From: a virus
Lineage: Duplodnaviria > Heunggongvirae > Uroviricota > Caudoviricetes
Length of the DNA stretch: 52,849 nucleotides
Strand: one strand, 5' to 3'
IMG/VR virus record: IMGVR_UViG_3300045988_151019
The position numbers and the translations under genes were made by a program. Shown here in pieces: positions 21,406 through 31,746 of the stretch (positions within the stretch are counted from its first letter, which is position 1; each line of letters starts with the position of its first letter). Under the pieces are notes generated by a model. It searched no databases. It was not told where the DNA came from and was given only the letters and a program-made list of their open reading frames with translations.

Positions 21406-23660
21406 ATTGCTATAACGTCATGAGCAACACCTCGAGTGTCCCCCTTACAAGACACAGAACGTCTGGCAAAAAGAGGTTCCACTCTGAAGCCACTGTCCTG
21501 ATAAAGTTCTCTGATGTTTGGCGCGCCACTGTTAGTAATGAGAACCTTTGCACCTCGGCGATGAGCATCCGTCAACAGAGACGCCAGGCGTTTTTGCTCT
21601 TCAAACTTAAAGTCATGACCGGAATAGTTCGTGAATCCCTCTGTATTTGGGAGCGGTTCATACGGCGGATCGCAAAAGATGACATCTCCTTCTCCGGCAG
21701 CTTCAATCACCGCAGCAAAATCACCACATACAAACTCAGAACGCCCTTCCGCACCAAGGAAGGCTACCATCTCCTGCAATGGGAAATACGGAGTTTTATA
21801 CTTCCCATAACCGACATTGAACTCACCGGCTTGGTTGTAACGCGTCAATCCGTTAAAACAATGTCGGTTCAGGAACAAAAACGCCGCTGCGCGATGTAAA
21901 TCATCATAGACTTGTTTGTTAAACGCATTCCGTACTGCCAGGTATCCTTCCTGCGTGTTGTAGTCCTGGAAGAAACGATGTGCCAGAGTGATAAGTGAAT
22001 GCGCCTCGCGTTGCAGAGTCTTGTAAAAGTTAATCAGGTCAGCATTCACATCATTTAGCAGATTTTCCTGGTATCCGGCATTCATGAAGACAGCTCCGCC
22101 ACCAACGAAAGGTTCAATCAGGCGCTTCCCTTCTGGCAAATAGCGAAAGATTTGTTCCAGAACACCAAATTTTCCACCAGCCCATTTGAATATGGACCGT
22201 TCGAATTCTGCCGCTGGTTTAACTTTTCGCTCTTTTGTTTCACTCCCTTCCTTCTGCCGACATGCAGCCTTGGCAATCCGATCGCCAATCCAGCGCATTA
22301 CTGGTATCGCCATACTATTGCCGATCGCTTTGTAACGCGGTCCGTCAGCTGCAAGCATTGCGGCCTCTTCTTCGCTTAAATCTGGATAGTGATTGTGCAG
22401 ATATGCCAGTTCATCTGAATTAACTTTTTTACGCTTTTCCGTAGGGATCAATGTATGCCCATCAGGAAAACCTTGAAGTCTCTCACATTCGACAGGGGTA
22501 AGACGGCGGACAGCTACTTCTTCGTTTCTTACTTCATAGCAAACAGCAGTTGGATTTTGAGCCATTAGAGATGGTGAAGTATTCTTAGTTGCTGCATGTT
22601 GTGTACCACTCATACGCTCAGGAAAAGCCAATGTAACAAGATGCTCATGGCTTTCTTGCTCACGCGCCCGCAATGTACCATGCCCTTCTGACCAAAAACC
22701 TGCTCCAGTGCTGCTAAAAACGGCAAGGTCAGTGGCATCTTTAAAGTCTCTTGCCTTTACTGTCGATGCGGTTTCATCGTCAATATATTCCCCAAATGCC
22801 GCCATCCTGAAACCGTTTACGGATTTCGTCGATTTCATACCGGGGGACATGCCAGCGTGTAGGCATGGATTTAGGCTTTCGCCACTGATTGCAGCGCCAT
22901 TTGCAGTAATGGCGGAAGCGATTTCCTTCTTTTTTCGGCTCGGCGCAATATTCCGGCGCACGCCTTCGAACTCAAAAAGTACCGTTGCGGGATCGAAGTC
23001 TGTTCGAGCACTTGCGACAACAAACACGCGTCGGCGTCGTTGTGCCACTCCGAAGTATTGGGCATCAAGGATTCTCCAGGCCACCTTTCGCTGCGGTCCA
23101 TAAATACAACCACACTGCGGCCACTTTGGAGCATGGCAACCGGTTTTGCCATCCCACCGCCAGAACGCGTTACTTTTTCCTGATTCAGGTCGATCACCTG
23201 GTTCAAATGGCGCATCTTCTCCAGCCAATCCGGCAAGGAAACATCCGAAGGCGTTATCTGCCGATGACAGGACTCCTGGGACATTTTCCCAGACGATAAC
23301 TGTCGGTTTGAGGAAGGACTCAGACCGTTTGTCGTCAATTGCATTTGCAAGCTCCACATACTTCAAAGTTAGCGCGCCGCGTTCATCATCAAGCCCACCA
23401 CGTAAGCCCGCGATACTGAATGCCTGACAAGGCGTACCCCCGACGAGCACATCAGGGGATTCGATTTCCCCAGCCAGGACTTTTTTGGCAAGTTTTGTCA
23501 TGTCGCCAAGGTTGGCGACATGGGGCCAGCGGTGCGCAAGAACGGCAGATGGAAAAGGCTCGATTTCAGCAAACCACGCCGGACGCATACCCAACGGTTC
23601 CCAGGCAATACTCGCGGCTTCAATTCCACTGCAAACAGATCCATAGCACAGCTCTTTCAC
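21396..23660 (-). CDS. dmt: bifunctional DNA methyltransferase: N-terminal C5-cytosine MTase fused to C-terminal Dam-like N6-adenine MTase
   Basis: 754 aa; N-terminal [17 protein letters not shown] motifs; C-terminal AGGK...GGGAVF and DPPY motifs. Confidence 0.9.
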
Positions 23661-24562
23661 TGCTTAGCCTCTCCACCAAGGGCATTTACCAGAGCATCAA
23701 CCAGGCACGAAATTTCACTGGTCAACAGGAAGAAATCTGCGTCCAGTCGCTGCGCAACATCTTCACTATCAATATCAGAGTTCTGCTCAAGCAATTCATC
23801 CGCAAATTTGACGCTGGTAAGGCTGAAGTTATGGTCCAGTGTAAATTTAATGCGGTTCTGCCAGTCGAGTGCCAACTTAGTAACGAGCTTGCCAGCTTCC
23901 AGGTGTGTGGAAATTTCATCGCTTCCCAAATCCTGCTTTTTCACTCGGGCAATACCGCCATCCTCAAGCACTGCCTTAAGTTCTGCCGCATCCCCCATTT
24001 GAAATCCCTGTGGAGCACTACCATCACGTACCCAGTCGGTCAGCGTTAATTCAATGGGATTTTCAACACTTAGGGGAACAACAGGAAGAGAACCCAGAGA
24101 TTTACGCATAAGCGCGAGCATATCCTCTGCCTGCCGCGCGCTGGCATTGATATAGATACGTTTAGTTGAACCGTCGTAGATCGCCTGGATAACAGAAAAC
24201 TTTGAAAAAGCCCGTGGCAGAAGAGAATGCAGAACTTCGTCTTTCAGGGAGTCCTTCTCTGTTTTCTTCAGTTTACGCGCTTGTTCTTGCTCGAGTTTTT
24301 CAATTTTTTCTTGAATAGCTCGCTGGATAACCGGCGGGGGAAGGATTTTTGTTTCGCGCTTTGCTTCAACAAGGATAAAACCATTTCCATGCATAGCGAT
24401 AACTTCGGAATTATCACCAAATGGAGATACAAAACCGAACTTGGCCATATCCTGACTACCGCATGGCGTGAAAAGGATCATTTTCTTTTTATCTTCTAAG
24501 TCGGTCAGATCCGCTTCACGAGAAAGTTTATAAATAGTAATGTTTTTCCAGTGCTTAAACAT
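23657..24562 (-). CDS. hrdC: RdgC-like recombination-associated protein (start [13 protein letters not shown])
   Basis: Near full-length similarity to E. coli RdgC as recalled ([31 protein letters not shown]); ORF track 23657-24676. Confidence 0.8.
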   Translation of the reverse strand: MFKHWKNITIYKLSREADLTDLEDKKKMILFTPCGSQDMAKFGFVSPFGDNSEVIAMHGNGFILVEAKRETKILPPPVIQRAIQEKIEKLEQEQARKLKKTEKDSLKDEVLHSLLPRAFSKFSVIQAIYDGSTKRIYINASARQAEDMLALMRKSLGSLPVVPLSVENPIELTLTDWVRDGSAPQGFQMGDAAELKAVLEDGGIARVKKQDLGSDEISTHLEAGKLVTKLALDWQNRIKFTLDHNFSLTSVKFADELLEQNSDIDSEDVAQRLDADFFLLTSEISCLVDALVNALGGEAKQ

Positions 24563-24839
24563 GTTGTAACCCTTGAATATCAACCACAGAAAGCTCGTTT
24601 TTGTAGAAAAAGGCCAGGTTGAGGCACCCCCTAGTTTGAGCGTATGAGCTGGGACCAATTTCGTTCTTCCAGACAAATGGCTTCAAATCCGTACGGCGAA
24701 GCATAAAAACGCGATTTGTTCCGCTCTGATTCCCAATGAGGCAAAAGCCTTCTTTCACCTTGATAGCCTGCAAGTTGTCGAGTTCACCGCTGGTTACACG
24801 GCTATCGAACTCTTTGCGGCTTATTAGCTCCATCTGCAT
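24555..24839 (-). CDS. hypothetical protein upstream of rdgC-like gene
   Basis: ORF track 24555-24911; GGAG 7 nt before ATG at 24839; stop overlaps hrdC start. Confidence 0.4.
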   Translation of the reverse strand: MQMELISRKEFDSRVTSGELDNLQAIKVKEGFCLIGNQSGTNRVFMLRRTDLKPFVWKNEIGPSSYAQTRGCLNLAFFYKNELSVVDIQGLQHV

Positions 24840-24910
24840 CTGACGACTCCAAACAAATACCCATTGAAGGGCGATGGCTGAATGGTACCGAAAACACGAC
24901 ATAAAAAACA

Positions 24911-24927
24911 ATATTTATTAGAGCAAT
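24911..24927 (-). promoter_or_regulatory. C1-type operator motif (plus strand ATATTTATTAGAGCAAT)
   Basis: 16/17 consensus match in divergent intergenic region. Confidence 0.55.
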
Positions 24928-25007
24928 CATGCAATAGTTAACACCATATAGACCACAAGTAACCTAAGTTAAAATAACGAAAACCAGAGCAAATAATTGG
25001 TGATGAC

Positions 25008-25292
25008 GTGGCAAGTATTGCAACAAAAGACAGCATTTGTTCGGGGCACGGAGGATTCCCATCCAGGCCTCCTGTAGAGAGTGAACCACTACTTAAAGTC
25101 AACGGAGTCGAAGTGTTAGTTGATGGTAAGCAATATGCACAGCATACCGATGGAAACAGTACGCACGGTGGGCAAGCTATATCAACCAGGGCATGGTTTA
25201 CCGTCAATGGTAAAGGGATCGTATGCGTTGGTGACCCTGTTTCATGCGGATCTACCGTAGCATCCGGAGACGGCCTGGTTCAGGTAAGTTAG
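25008..25292 (+). CDS. PAAR-like spike-tip protein candidate (GTG start)
   Basis: 94 aa; SGHGG, VNGVEVLVDG and VNGKGIVCVGDPVSCG motifs resemble PAAR repeats. Confidence 0.5.
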   Translation: MASIATKDSICSGHGGFPSRPPVESEPLLKVNGVEVLVDGKQYAQHTDGNSTHGGQAISTRAWFTVNGKGIVCVGDPVSCGSTVASGDGLVQVS

Positions 25293-25300
25293 GAGATATC

Positions 25301-26089
25301 ATGCTGGAAAAAGACTACCAGTTATCCGCATATAAAAAATTGGCCGCCGCCGGTGGGATGAAAACACCTGGTGCCATAACATCGGCACGAAACAGTGCTA
25401 ACACAGCAAAACTGCTTGCAGAAGAATTGACCGGATTAATTCTGGATACAATTGTCTATCCCGACACTATTACCAGCTATGTTTCAACGATCAGAACAAC
25501 CACAACCGGCTTAACGAACATTGGAGAACTGGCAACTAAGCACGCGGACCTGTTGGCTGGTTATGCAGATCTGTCAATGCTGCTTCAACTCGATATTGGT
25601 TGGGATGTTTACTGCCGTGCTAATGAGCGAGAAGTTTCAGAACTGCCGATCTCTATTGCCATTGGTGATGTGAATATTACTAAATCGCTTGAGGACGCTG
25701 TTAACGCGCTTAATACATCAAGTTTAGTCGCTGCTATGGGGGAGATTAACCAGACCCTTAACACTGGCTCAGGAAGCTCGTCAGGCTCTGGTTCAGGCGG
25801 CGGCACTGCCACTCCCCCACCAGCACTAACAGAAGAGCAAATTGAATCTCTGAAAGTAGCAACTGAACAGTTTGGGGTTGTTTTCAACCAGACAACAGCG
25901 CCCACAACTGCGTTACAACAGCAGTATGAACGAGCGAATGAAAGCGCCAACGTAGCCATAACTGCTTATAACCATGCTATCGGTACCGCTCTTGCGGAAG
26001 CATCAGCAAATAAGGTCAGCACAGCCAGCGCAGTTGCCGCTTTGGTTCCTGATTCTGTTCTTGATGAATTAAACAAAGCGGCACAGTAA
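25301..26089 (+). CDS. hypothetical protein with internal Gly/Ser linker (SGSSSGSGSGGG)
   Basis: ATG at 25301 with AGGAGA SD; ORF track frame 25244-26089. Confidence 0.45.
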   Translation: MLEKDYQLSAYKKLAAAGGMKTPGAITSARNSANTAKLLAEELTGLILDTIVYPDTITSYVSTIRTTTTGLTNIGELATKHADLLAGYADLSMLLQLDIGWDVYCRANEREVSELPISIAIGDVNITKSLEDAVNALNTSSLVAAMGEINQTLNTGSGSSSGSGSGGGTATPPPALTEEQIESLKVATEQFGVVFNQTTAPTTALQQQYERANESANVAITAYNHAIGTALAEASANKVSTASAVAALVPDSVLDELNKAAQ

Positions 26090-26128
26090 CAAAGGACTTC
26101 ATTGATAATTTTTCTTCAGGAGGAAGAC

Positions 26129-26551
26129 ATGTCATTCTTTTCTACGTTAAAAACAGCTTTGTCTTTGAAGGAGAAACTTGCTGCTACTGGTGTTCTTGTT
26201 CTGATTTGCGCACTTGTTGGTGCTGGGTTTGCATGGGAACGTCATCAGCTAAAGCAAGCCATGGAGAAAATTGGCAGTCTTGATCAGGCTGTTAAGGAAC
26301 GTGATAAGTCAATAATGGATCTTAACCAGACCATTGAGACGATGAACAAAGCAGAGCAACATTTTCACAGCCAGGAAGTGAAAAATGAATCAGAACAAGC
26401 CAAATATGCTGACAGGCAAATGGAACGAAAAGCTGAAGTTCAGAAACAACTGGTTGCGGCGGGTAATGTTCGCCAGCGCATTCCTGCTGACACTCAGCGG
26501 TTGCTCCGGGAGTCGATCAGCGAATTTAACGCCGACGCCGACAAAGGTTAA
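26129..26551 (+). CDS. Rz-like i-spanin candidate
   Basis: AGGAGGAAG SD then ATG; N-terminal TM helix ATGVLVLICALVGAGFAW; coiled-coil periplasmic domain. Confidence 0.5.
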   Translation: MSFFSTLKTALSLKEKLAATGVLVLICALVGAGFAWERHQLKQAMEKIGSLDQAVKERDKSIMDLNQTIETMNKAEQHFHSQEVKNESEQAKYADRQMERKAEVQKQLVAAGNVRQRIPADTQRLLRESISEFNADADKG

Positions 26552-26717
26552 CCACCCTGCCCCCAAAAGTGCATTTATGTGCAGAATGCCAGAGTTTAGC
26601 AGTGAATATTTTGATGATCTGCCAGCGTATATCCTCGATACAGAAACGATGCTGAAGGGGATTAACAGGAAGAATCGCAACGTTAATGATTACAACCGTG
26701 CTATCAGCGGTAACTAA
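26385..26717 (+). CDS. Rz1-like o-spanin lipoprotein candidate, overlapping the i-spanin in another frame
   Basis: Lipobox LTLSGC, Pro/Thr-rich stretch TPTPTKVNHPAPK, one extra Cys; start codon uncertain (26385, 26406 or 26466). Confidence 0.45.
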   Translation: MNQNKPNMLTGKWNEKLKFRNNWLRRVMFASAFLLTLSGCSGSRSANLTPTPTKVNHPAPKSAFMCRMPEFSSEYFDDLPAYILDTETMLKGINRKNRNVNDYNRAISGN

Positions 26718-26728
26718 AAGGAAAAACT

Positions 26729-27088
26729 ATGTCCGATATGGAAATTGAAAAAGAGATTCTGGCCAAAGGCAAAACAGCACCACGCCTGACTCCTGATCAC
26801 ATCGAGAGTGTGATTGCCGAAGAGCATTATTTCACAGCTTTTGACGGCATTCGCGCTGCGCACGAAGGCGTTCGTGAGGTGCTGTCTGTTCATCCCTCTA
26901 CGCGTAGCCTGACCATCTGTGTCTTGGTGCTGTGCAATGGATTCATTGTTACCGGGGAAAGCGCCTGTGCCAGCCCTGAAAATTTCGACGCGGAGATTGG
27001 CCGTAAGGTGGCCCGTAAGAACGCCATTGAGAAAATCTGGCCGCTGGAAGGTTATCTGCTGAAGCAAAAGCTCAGCGAGCAGATTTAA
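26729..27088 (+). CDS. hypothetical protein (119 aa)
   Basis: ORF track. Confidence 0.45.
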   Translation: MSDMEIEKEILAKGKTAPRLTPDHIESVIAEEHYFTAFDGIRAAHEGVREVLSVHPSTRSLTICVLVLCNGFIVTGESACASPENFDAEIGRKVARKNAIEKIWPLEGYLLKQKLSEQI

Positions 27089-27158
27089 TCAACTGTAGAA
27101 ATCGTAATATCAACACTCATGACTTTACTTTGGCAGGAAGCCACTAAGGACAAACAAC

Positions 27159-27560
27159 ATGTTTGCGGTTAAACAAGAAATAAACAACGCTACTTCTTTG
27201 TTCGAAATTGAGAGTATTACCGTTGGATATCCTGGGTCAGATCAATTTAAACAGGCGTTCGAGATTGCTGAAGAACTGGGTATCAAAACGCCTGATGCGA
27301 TTGAATATATCCCTGTTGCGTACGAAGATGAGGAGATGACAAAGGCAATCGGGGAAGAGCAAACTTTGAGTACAGAGCGTAAGGATGTACAGCGGGATGA
27401 CTGTATCGCCGTGATTTGCTCTGGGGTTGCTTCTGAAATGTTCCCCGACCTCCCTGCCATAGGAGGTGTTGGTTATCAATTCCTCTACAAAGGTGATACG
27501 TTACGCATCTATACAAGTAGTTTGTTGATCGAAGAAGTAGGTACGGAAAACGACAACTAA
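27159..27560 (+). CDS. hypothetical acidic protein (133 aa)
   Basis: ORF track. Confidence 0.45.
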   Translation: MFAVKQEINNATSLFEIESITVGYPGSDQFKQAFEIAEELGIKTPDAIEYIPVAYEDEEMTKAIGEEQTLSTERKDVQRDDCIAVICSGVASEMFPDLPAIGGVGYQFLYKGDTLRIYTSSLLIEEVGTENDN

Positions 27561-27609
27561 TTCGCTTCAACTCTTCACAGAAATCGGTCCTCAGTGGCCG
27601 GTTTTTCAC

Positions 27610-27687
27610 TTATCCACATTATCCACTGGGTAGATCCAATAATCAGGTCCATACAGATCCCAATTAGATCCATATAGATCCCTGATC
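27610..27687 (+). promoter_or_regulatory. plasmid origin oriR core: tandem DnaA boxes and five clustered GATC sites
   Basis: DnaA boxes TTATCCACA at 27610 and TTATCCACT at 27619; GATC at 27633, 27656, 27667, 27677, 27684. Confidence 0.8.
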
Positions 27688-27726
27688 GTTGCAGGCCGCG
27701 CCACGTCTGGCTTAGAAGTGTATCGC

Positions 27727-27828
27727 GATGTGTGCTGGAGGGAAAACGATGTGTGCTGGAGGGATAAAAATGTGTGCTGACGGGTTGCTAATGTGTGCTG
27801 GCGGGATATAGGATGTGTGCTGACGGGA
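27727..27828 (+). repeat. incC: five direct iterons (GATGTGTGCTGGAGGGA-type) upstream of repA
   Basis: Copies at 27727, 27748, 27768, 27788, 27812, about 21 bp apart. Confidence 0.85.
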
Positions 27829-27886
27829 AAGCCTGGGTAGTTATCACCACTTATAAAAACTATCCACACAATTCGGAAAAAGTAAT

Positions 27887-28747
27887 ATGAATCAATCATT
27901 TATCTCCGATATTCTTTACGCAGACATTGAAAGTAAGGCAAAAGAACTAACAGTTAATTCAAACAACACTGTGCAGCCTGTAGCGTTGATGCGCTTGGGG
28001 GTATTCGTGCCGAAGCCATCAAAGAGCAAAGGAGAAAGTAAAGAGATTGATGCCACCAAAGCGTTTTCCCAGCTGGAGATAGCTAAAGCCGAGGGTTACG
28101 ATGATATTAAAATCACCGGTCCTCGACTCGATATGGATACTGATTTCAAAACGTGGATCGGTGTCATCTACGCGTTCAGCAAATACGGCTTGTCCTCAAA
28201 CACCATCCAGTTATCGTTTCAGGAATTCGCTAAAGCCTGTGGTTTCCCCTCAAAACGTCTGGATGCGAAACTGCGTTTAACCATTCATGAATCACTTGGA
28301 CGCTTGCGTAACAAGGGTATCGCTTTTAAGCGCGGAAAAGATGCTAAAGGCGGCTATCAGACTGGTCTGCTGAAGGTCGGGCGTTTTGATGCTGACCTTG
28401 ATCTGATAGAGCTGGAGGCTGATTCGAAGTTGTGGGAGCTGTTCCAGCTTGATTATCGCGTTCTGTTGCAACACCACGCCTTGCGTGCCCTTCCGAAGAA
28501 AGAAGCTGCACAAGCCATTTACACTTTCATCGAAAGCCTTCCGCAGAACCCGTTGCCGCTATCGTTCGCGCGAATCCGTGAGCGCCTGGCTTTGCAGTCA
28601 GCTGTTGGCGAGCAAAACCGTATCATTAAGAAAGCGATAGAACAGCTTAAAACAATCGGCTATCTCGACTGTTCAATTGAGAAGAAAGGCCGGGAAAGTT
28701 TTGTAATCGTCCATTCTCGCAATCCAAAGCTGAAACTCCCCGAATAA
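27887..28747 (+). CDS. repA: iteron-binding plasmid replication initiator RepA
   Basis: 286 aa, flanked by iteron arrays on both sides; sequence matches my recollection of P1 RepA. Confidence 0.9.
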   Translation: MNQSFISDILYADIESKAKELTVNSNNTVQPVALMRLGVFVPKPSKSKGESKEIDATKAFSQLEIAKAEGYDDIKITGPRLDMDTDFKTWIGVIYAFSKYGLSSNTIQLSFQEFAKACGFPSKRLDAKLRLTIHESLGRLRNKGIAFKRGKDAKGGYQTGLLKVGRFDADLDLIELEADSKLWELFQLDYRVLLQHHALRALPKKEAAQAIYTFIESLPQNPLPLSFARIRERLALQSAVGEQNRIIKKAIEQLKTIGYLDCSIEKKGRESFVIVHSRNPKLKLPE

Positions 28748-29030
28748 GTGTGTGCTGGAGGGCAGCTGCATTCAAAAAATGTGTGCTGCCGGGAAGGCTT
28801 GTCCAATTTCCTGTTTTTGATGTGCGCTGGAGGGGGACGCCCCGCAGTTTGCCCAGATTTTCCCTCCAGCACACATCTGTCCATCAGTTTTTCCCTCCAG
28901 CGCACATGTAATTCTCTGTCTTTCCCTCCAGCACACATATTTGATACCAGCGATCCCTCCACAGCACATAATTCAATGCGACTTCCCTCTATCGCACATC
29001 TTAGACTTTTATTCTCCCTCCAGCACACAT
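28748..29030. repeat. incA: nine iterons downstream of repA (three forward, six inverted)
   Basis: Forward at 28748, 28778, 28819; inverted TCCCTCCAGCACACAT-type at 28861, 28892, 28922, 28954, 28984, 29012. Confidence 0.85.
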
Positions 29031-29304
29031 CGAAGCTGCCGGGCAAGCCGTTCTCACCAGTTGATAGAGAGTGAAGCCTGGCTGCCCGTTGAAGCAGGAA
29101 ATCACCAAAATGATTCAGGCTACAACCTGAACATAGAAGAAATCCGCGTCCTTTATACGTGGAGGATGCCAAAGCATGTTGTGACACACTTGGCAAAGGA
29201 GTAAACATGCAGAGAATGCTATGTACAAGCATCTACGCATACATTATTATTTTATGCAGCATTTTTAATTAAATTCAAAAATACAGCATAAAGGATGACT
29301 TTCG

Positions 29305-30501
29305 ATGAGTGATTCCAGCCAGCTTCACAAGGTTGCTCAAAGAGCAAACAGAATGCTCAATGTTCTGACTGAACAAGTACAGTTGCAAAAGGATGAGCTA
29401 CACGCGAACGAGTTTTACCAGGTCTATGCGAAAGCGGCACTGGCAAAATTGCCTCTACTGACTCGAGCGAACGTTGACTATGCCGTAAGTGAAATGGAAG
29501 AAAAGGGCTATGTTTTCGATAAACGCCCTGCTGGCTCTTCAATGAAATATGCGATGTCAATTCAGAACATCATTGACATATATGAACATCGCGGAGTGCC
29601 AAAATACCGGGATCGCTACAGCGAAGCGTATGTGATTTTCATCTCCAATCTTAAAGGCGGTGTGTCAAAAACTGTATCGACGGTTTCTCTGGCGCATGCA
29701 ATGCGTGCCCACCCTCATCTTCTGATGGAAGATTTAAGGATTCTGGTTATTGACCTTGATCCTCAATCTTCAGCAACGATGTTTTTAAGCCATAAACACT
29801 CTATTGGTATCGTAAACGCAACATCTGCACAGGCTATGTTGCAGAATGTAAGCCGTGAAGAGCTGTTAGAGGAGTTTATTGTTCCTTCTGTTGTACCTGG
29901 GGTTGACGTTATGCCTGCGTCGATTGACGATGCCTTTATTGCATCCGATTGGAGAGAGCTGTGCAATGAGCATCTACCGGGTCAGAACATCCATGCTGTC
30001 CTGAAAGAAAATGTGATTGATAAGCTGAAGAGCGATTATGACTTTATCCTCGTTGATAGTGGTCCTCACCTTGACGCCTTCCTGAAAAATGCTTTGGCCT
30101 CGGCCAATATACTGTTTACACCTCTGCCGCCAGCAACTGTCGATTTCCACTCATCGCTTAAATACGTTGCCCGCCTTCCTGAGTTGGTGAAACTCATTTC
30201 GGATGAAGGCTGCGAGTGCCAGCTTGCGACTAACATTGGTTTTATGTCCAAGTTGAGTAACAAGGCAGATCATAAGTATTGCCATAGCTTGGCTAAAGAA
30301 GTGTTCGGTGGGGATATGCTCGATGTCGTCCTCCCTCGCCTTGACGGTTTTGAACGTTGCGGCGAGTCTTTTGACACTGTTATTTCAGCTAACCCGGCAA
30401 CGTATGTTGGTAGTGCTGATGCATTGAAGAACGCGCGAATTGCCGCGGAAGATTTTGCTAAAGCAGTTTTTGACCGTATTGAATTTATCAGATCTAACTG
30501 A
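29305..30501 (+). CDS. parA: partition ATPase ParA (type Ia, with N-terminal DNA-binding extension)
   Basis: 398 aa; deviant Walker A KGGVSKT; Walker B ILVIDLDPQ. Confidence 0.9.
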   Translation: MSDSSQLHKVAQRANRMLNVLTEQVQLQKDELHANEFYQVYAKAALAKLPLLTRANVDYAVSEMEEKGYVFDKRPAGSSMKYAMSIQNIIDIYEHRGVPKYRDRYSEAYVIFISNLKGGVSKTVSTVSLAHAMRAHPHLLMEDLRILVIDLDPQSSATMFLSHKHSIGIVNATSAQAMLQNVSREELLEEFIVPSVVPGVDVMPASIDDAFIASDWRELCNEHLPGQNIHAVLKENVIDKLKSDYDFILVDSGPHLDAFLKNALASANILFTPLPPATVDFHSSLKYVARLPELVKLISDEGCECQLATNIGFMSKLSNKADHKYCHSLAKEVFGGDMLDVVLPRLDGFERCGESFDTVISANPATYVGSADALKNARIAAEDFAKAVFDRIEFIRSN

Positions 30502-30517
30502 GGAGTAAGAAACCCCC

Positions 30518-31519
30518 ATGTCAAAGAAAAACAGACCAACAATTGGGCGAACCCTTAATCCTTCAATATTAAGCGGATTTGATAGTTCTTCAGCCTCTGG
30601 CGATCGAGTCGAGCAGGTATTCAAGTTATCAACTGGTCGCCAGGCCACATTTATTGAAGAGGTAATACCTCCGAACCAGGTAGAAAGCGATACCTTTGTT
30701 GATCAGCATAACAACGGGCGTGACCAGGCATCTCTTACGCCAAAATCATTAAAAAGTATCCGAAGCACTATTAAGCATCAGCAATTTTACCCTGCAATAG
30801 GTGTTAGACGGGCTACAGGGAAAATTGAAATTTTGGATGGTTCCCGGCGTCGAGCTTCTGCCATCTTAGAGAACGTAGGGTTGCGGGTTTTAGTCACGGA
30901 CCAGGAGATCAGCGTTCAGGAAGCGCAAAATTTAGCGAAAGACGTTCAGACAGCATTGCAGCACAGCATTCGAGAAATAGGTCTGCGTTTGATGCGAATG
31001 AAAAATGATGGGATGAGTCAGAAGGATATTGCAGCCAAGGAAGGGCTGTCTCAGGCGAAAGTCACGCGTGCTCTCCAGGCAGCGAGTGCTCCGGAAGAAT
31101 TAGTCGCCCTTTTCCCTGTGCAGTCGGAATTAACCTTTTCGGACTACAAAACGCTTTGTGCTGTTGGCGACGAAATGGGGAACAAGAATTTAGAGTTTGA
31201 TCAGCTTATTCAAAACATATCCCCGGAAATAAACGACATCTTATCCATTGAAGAAATGGCCGAAGATGAAGTTAAAAATAAAATCCTGCGCTTGATAACA
31301 AAGGAAGCCTCACTACTCACGGATAAAGGTTCTAAAGATAAGTCCGTAGTTACTGAATTATGGAAATTTGAGGACAAGGATCGCTTTGCAAGGAAGCGCG
31401 TGAAAGGCCGTGCATTTTCTTATGAGTTTAATCGACTTTCAAAAGAGCTACAGGAAGAACTCGACAGGATGATTGGGCATATCCTTAGAAAGAGCCTCGA
31501 TAAAAAGCCGAAGCCTTAA
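30518..31519 (+). CDS. parB: centromere-binding partition protein ParB
   Basis: 333 aa; directly downstream of parA; ParB-family box (ILDGSRRRAS); parS follows. Confidence 0.9.
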   Translation: MSKKNRPTIGRTLNPSILSGFDSSSASGDRVEQVFKLSTGRQATFIEEVIPPNQVESDTFVDQHNNGRDQASLTPKSLKSIRSTIKHQQFYPAIGVRRATGKIEILDGSRRRASAILENVGLRVLVTDQEISVQEAQNLAKDVQTALQHSIREIGLRLMRMKNDGMSQKDIAAKEGLSQAKVTRALQAASAPEELVALFPVQSELTFSDYKTLCAVGDEMGNKNLEFDQLIQNISPEINDILSIEEMAEDEVKNKILRLITKEASLLTDKGSKDKSVVTELWKFEDKDRFARKRVKGRAFSYEFNRLSKELQEELDRMIGHILRKSLDKKPKP

Positions 31520-31522
31520 ACT

Positions 31523-31610
31523 TTCGCCATTCAAATTTCACTATTAACCTACTGTTTTTAAAGTAAATCACTCTAAAATTTCAAGGTGAAATCGCCACGA
31601 TTTCACCTTG
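31523..31610 (+). promoter_or_regulatory. parS centromere (box B hexamers TCGCCA and box A heptamers ATTTCAC/ATTTCAA around an A/T-rich bend site)
   Basis: TCGCCA at 31524; ATTTCAC at 31535; ATTTCAAGGTGAAATCGCCACGATTTCAC at 31577-31605. Confidence 0.7.
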
Positions 31611-31673
31611 GATTTTACCTTCCTCCCCTACTCCCGAAAAAAAATAAAAAAATTGCTTGTCACGAGAAAGTCA

Positions 31674-31694
31674 ACAAGTGACTTTCAATAAAAT
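31674..31694 (+). promoter_or_regulatory. late-promoter-like motif ACAAGTGACT-N5-TAAAAT, inside inverted repeat AGTCA-n5-TGACT
   Basis: Same architecture as 10994, 42525, 51082. Confidence 0.45.
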
Positions 31695-31746
31695 CTCTTC
31701 CGAAAAGGGATTCACACAAGTGCCTTGTGTTTAAGGAAGAGTAAAT

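Noticed and set aside
21420-23427. Plus-strand ORFs (21420-21899, 22708-23103, 23146-23427) inside dmt
   Set aside because: Antisense to a 754-aa methyltransferase with clear catalytic motifs; shadow ORFs.
27727-29030. Possible CRISPR array suggested by regularly spaced repeats
   Set aside because: The repeats are 17-19 bp iterons with irregular spacing, partly inverted, flanking repA; no uniform spacers or cas genes. They are plasmid incompatibility iterons.
28660-29232. Minus-strand 190-aa ORF spanning the incA iterons
   Set aside because: Its frame is generated by the iteron repeats themselves; this region is a protein-binding site array.
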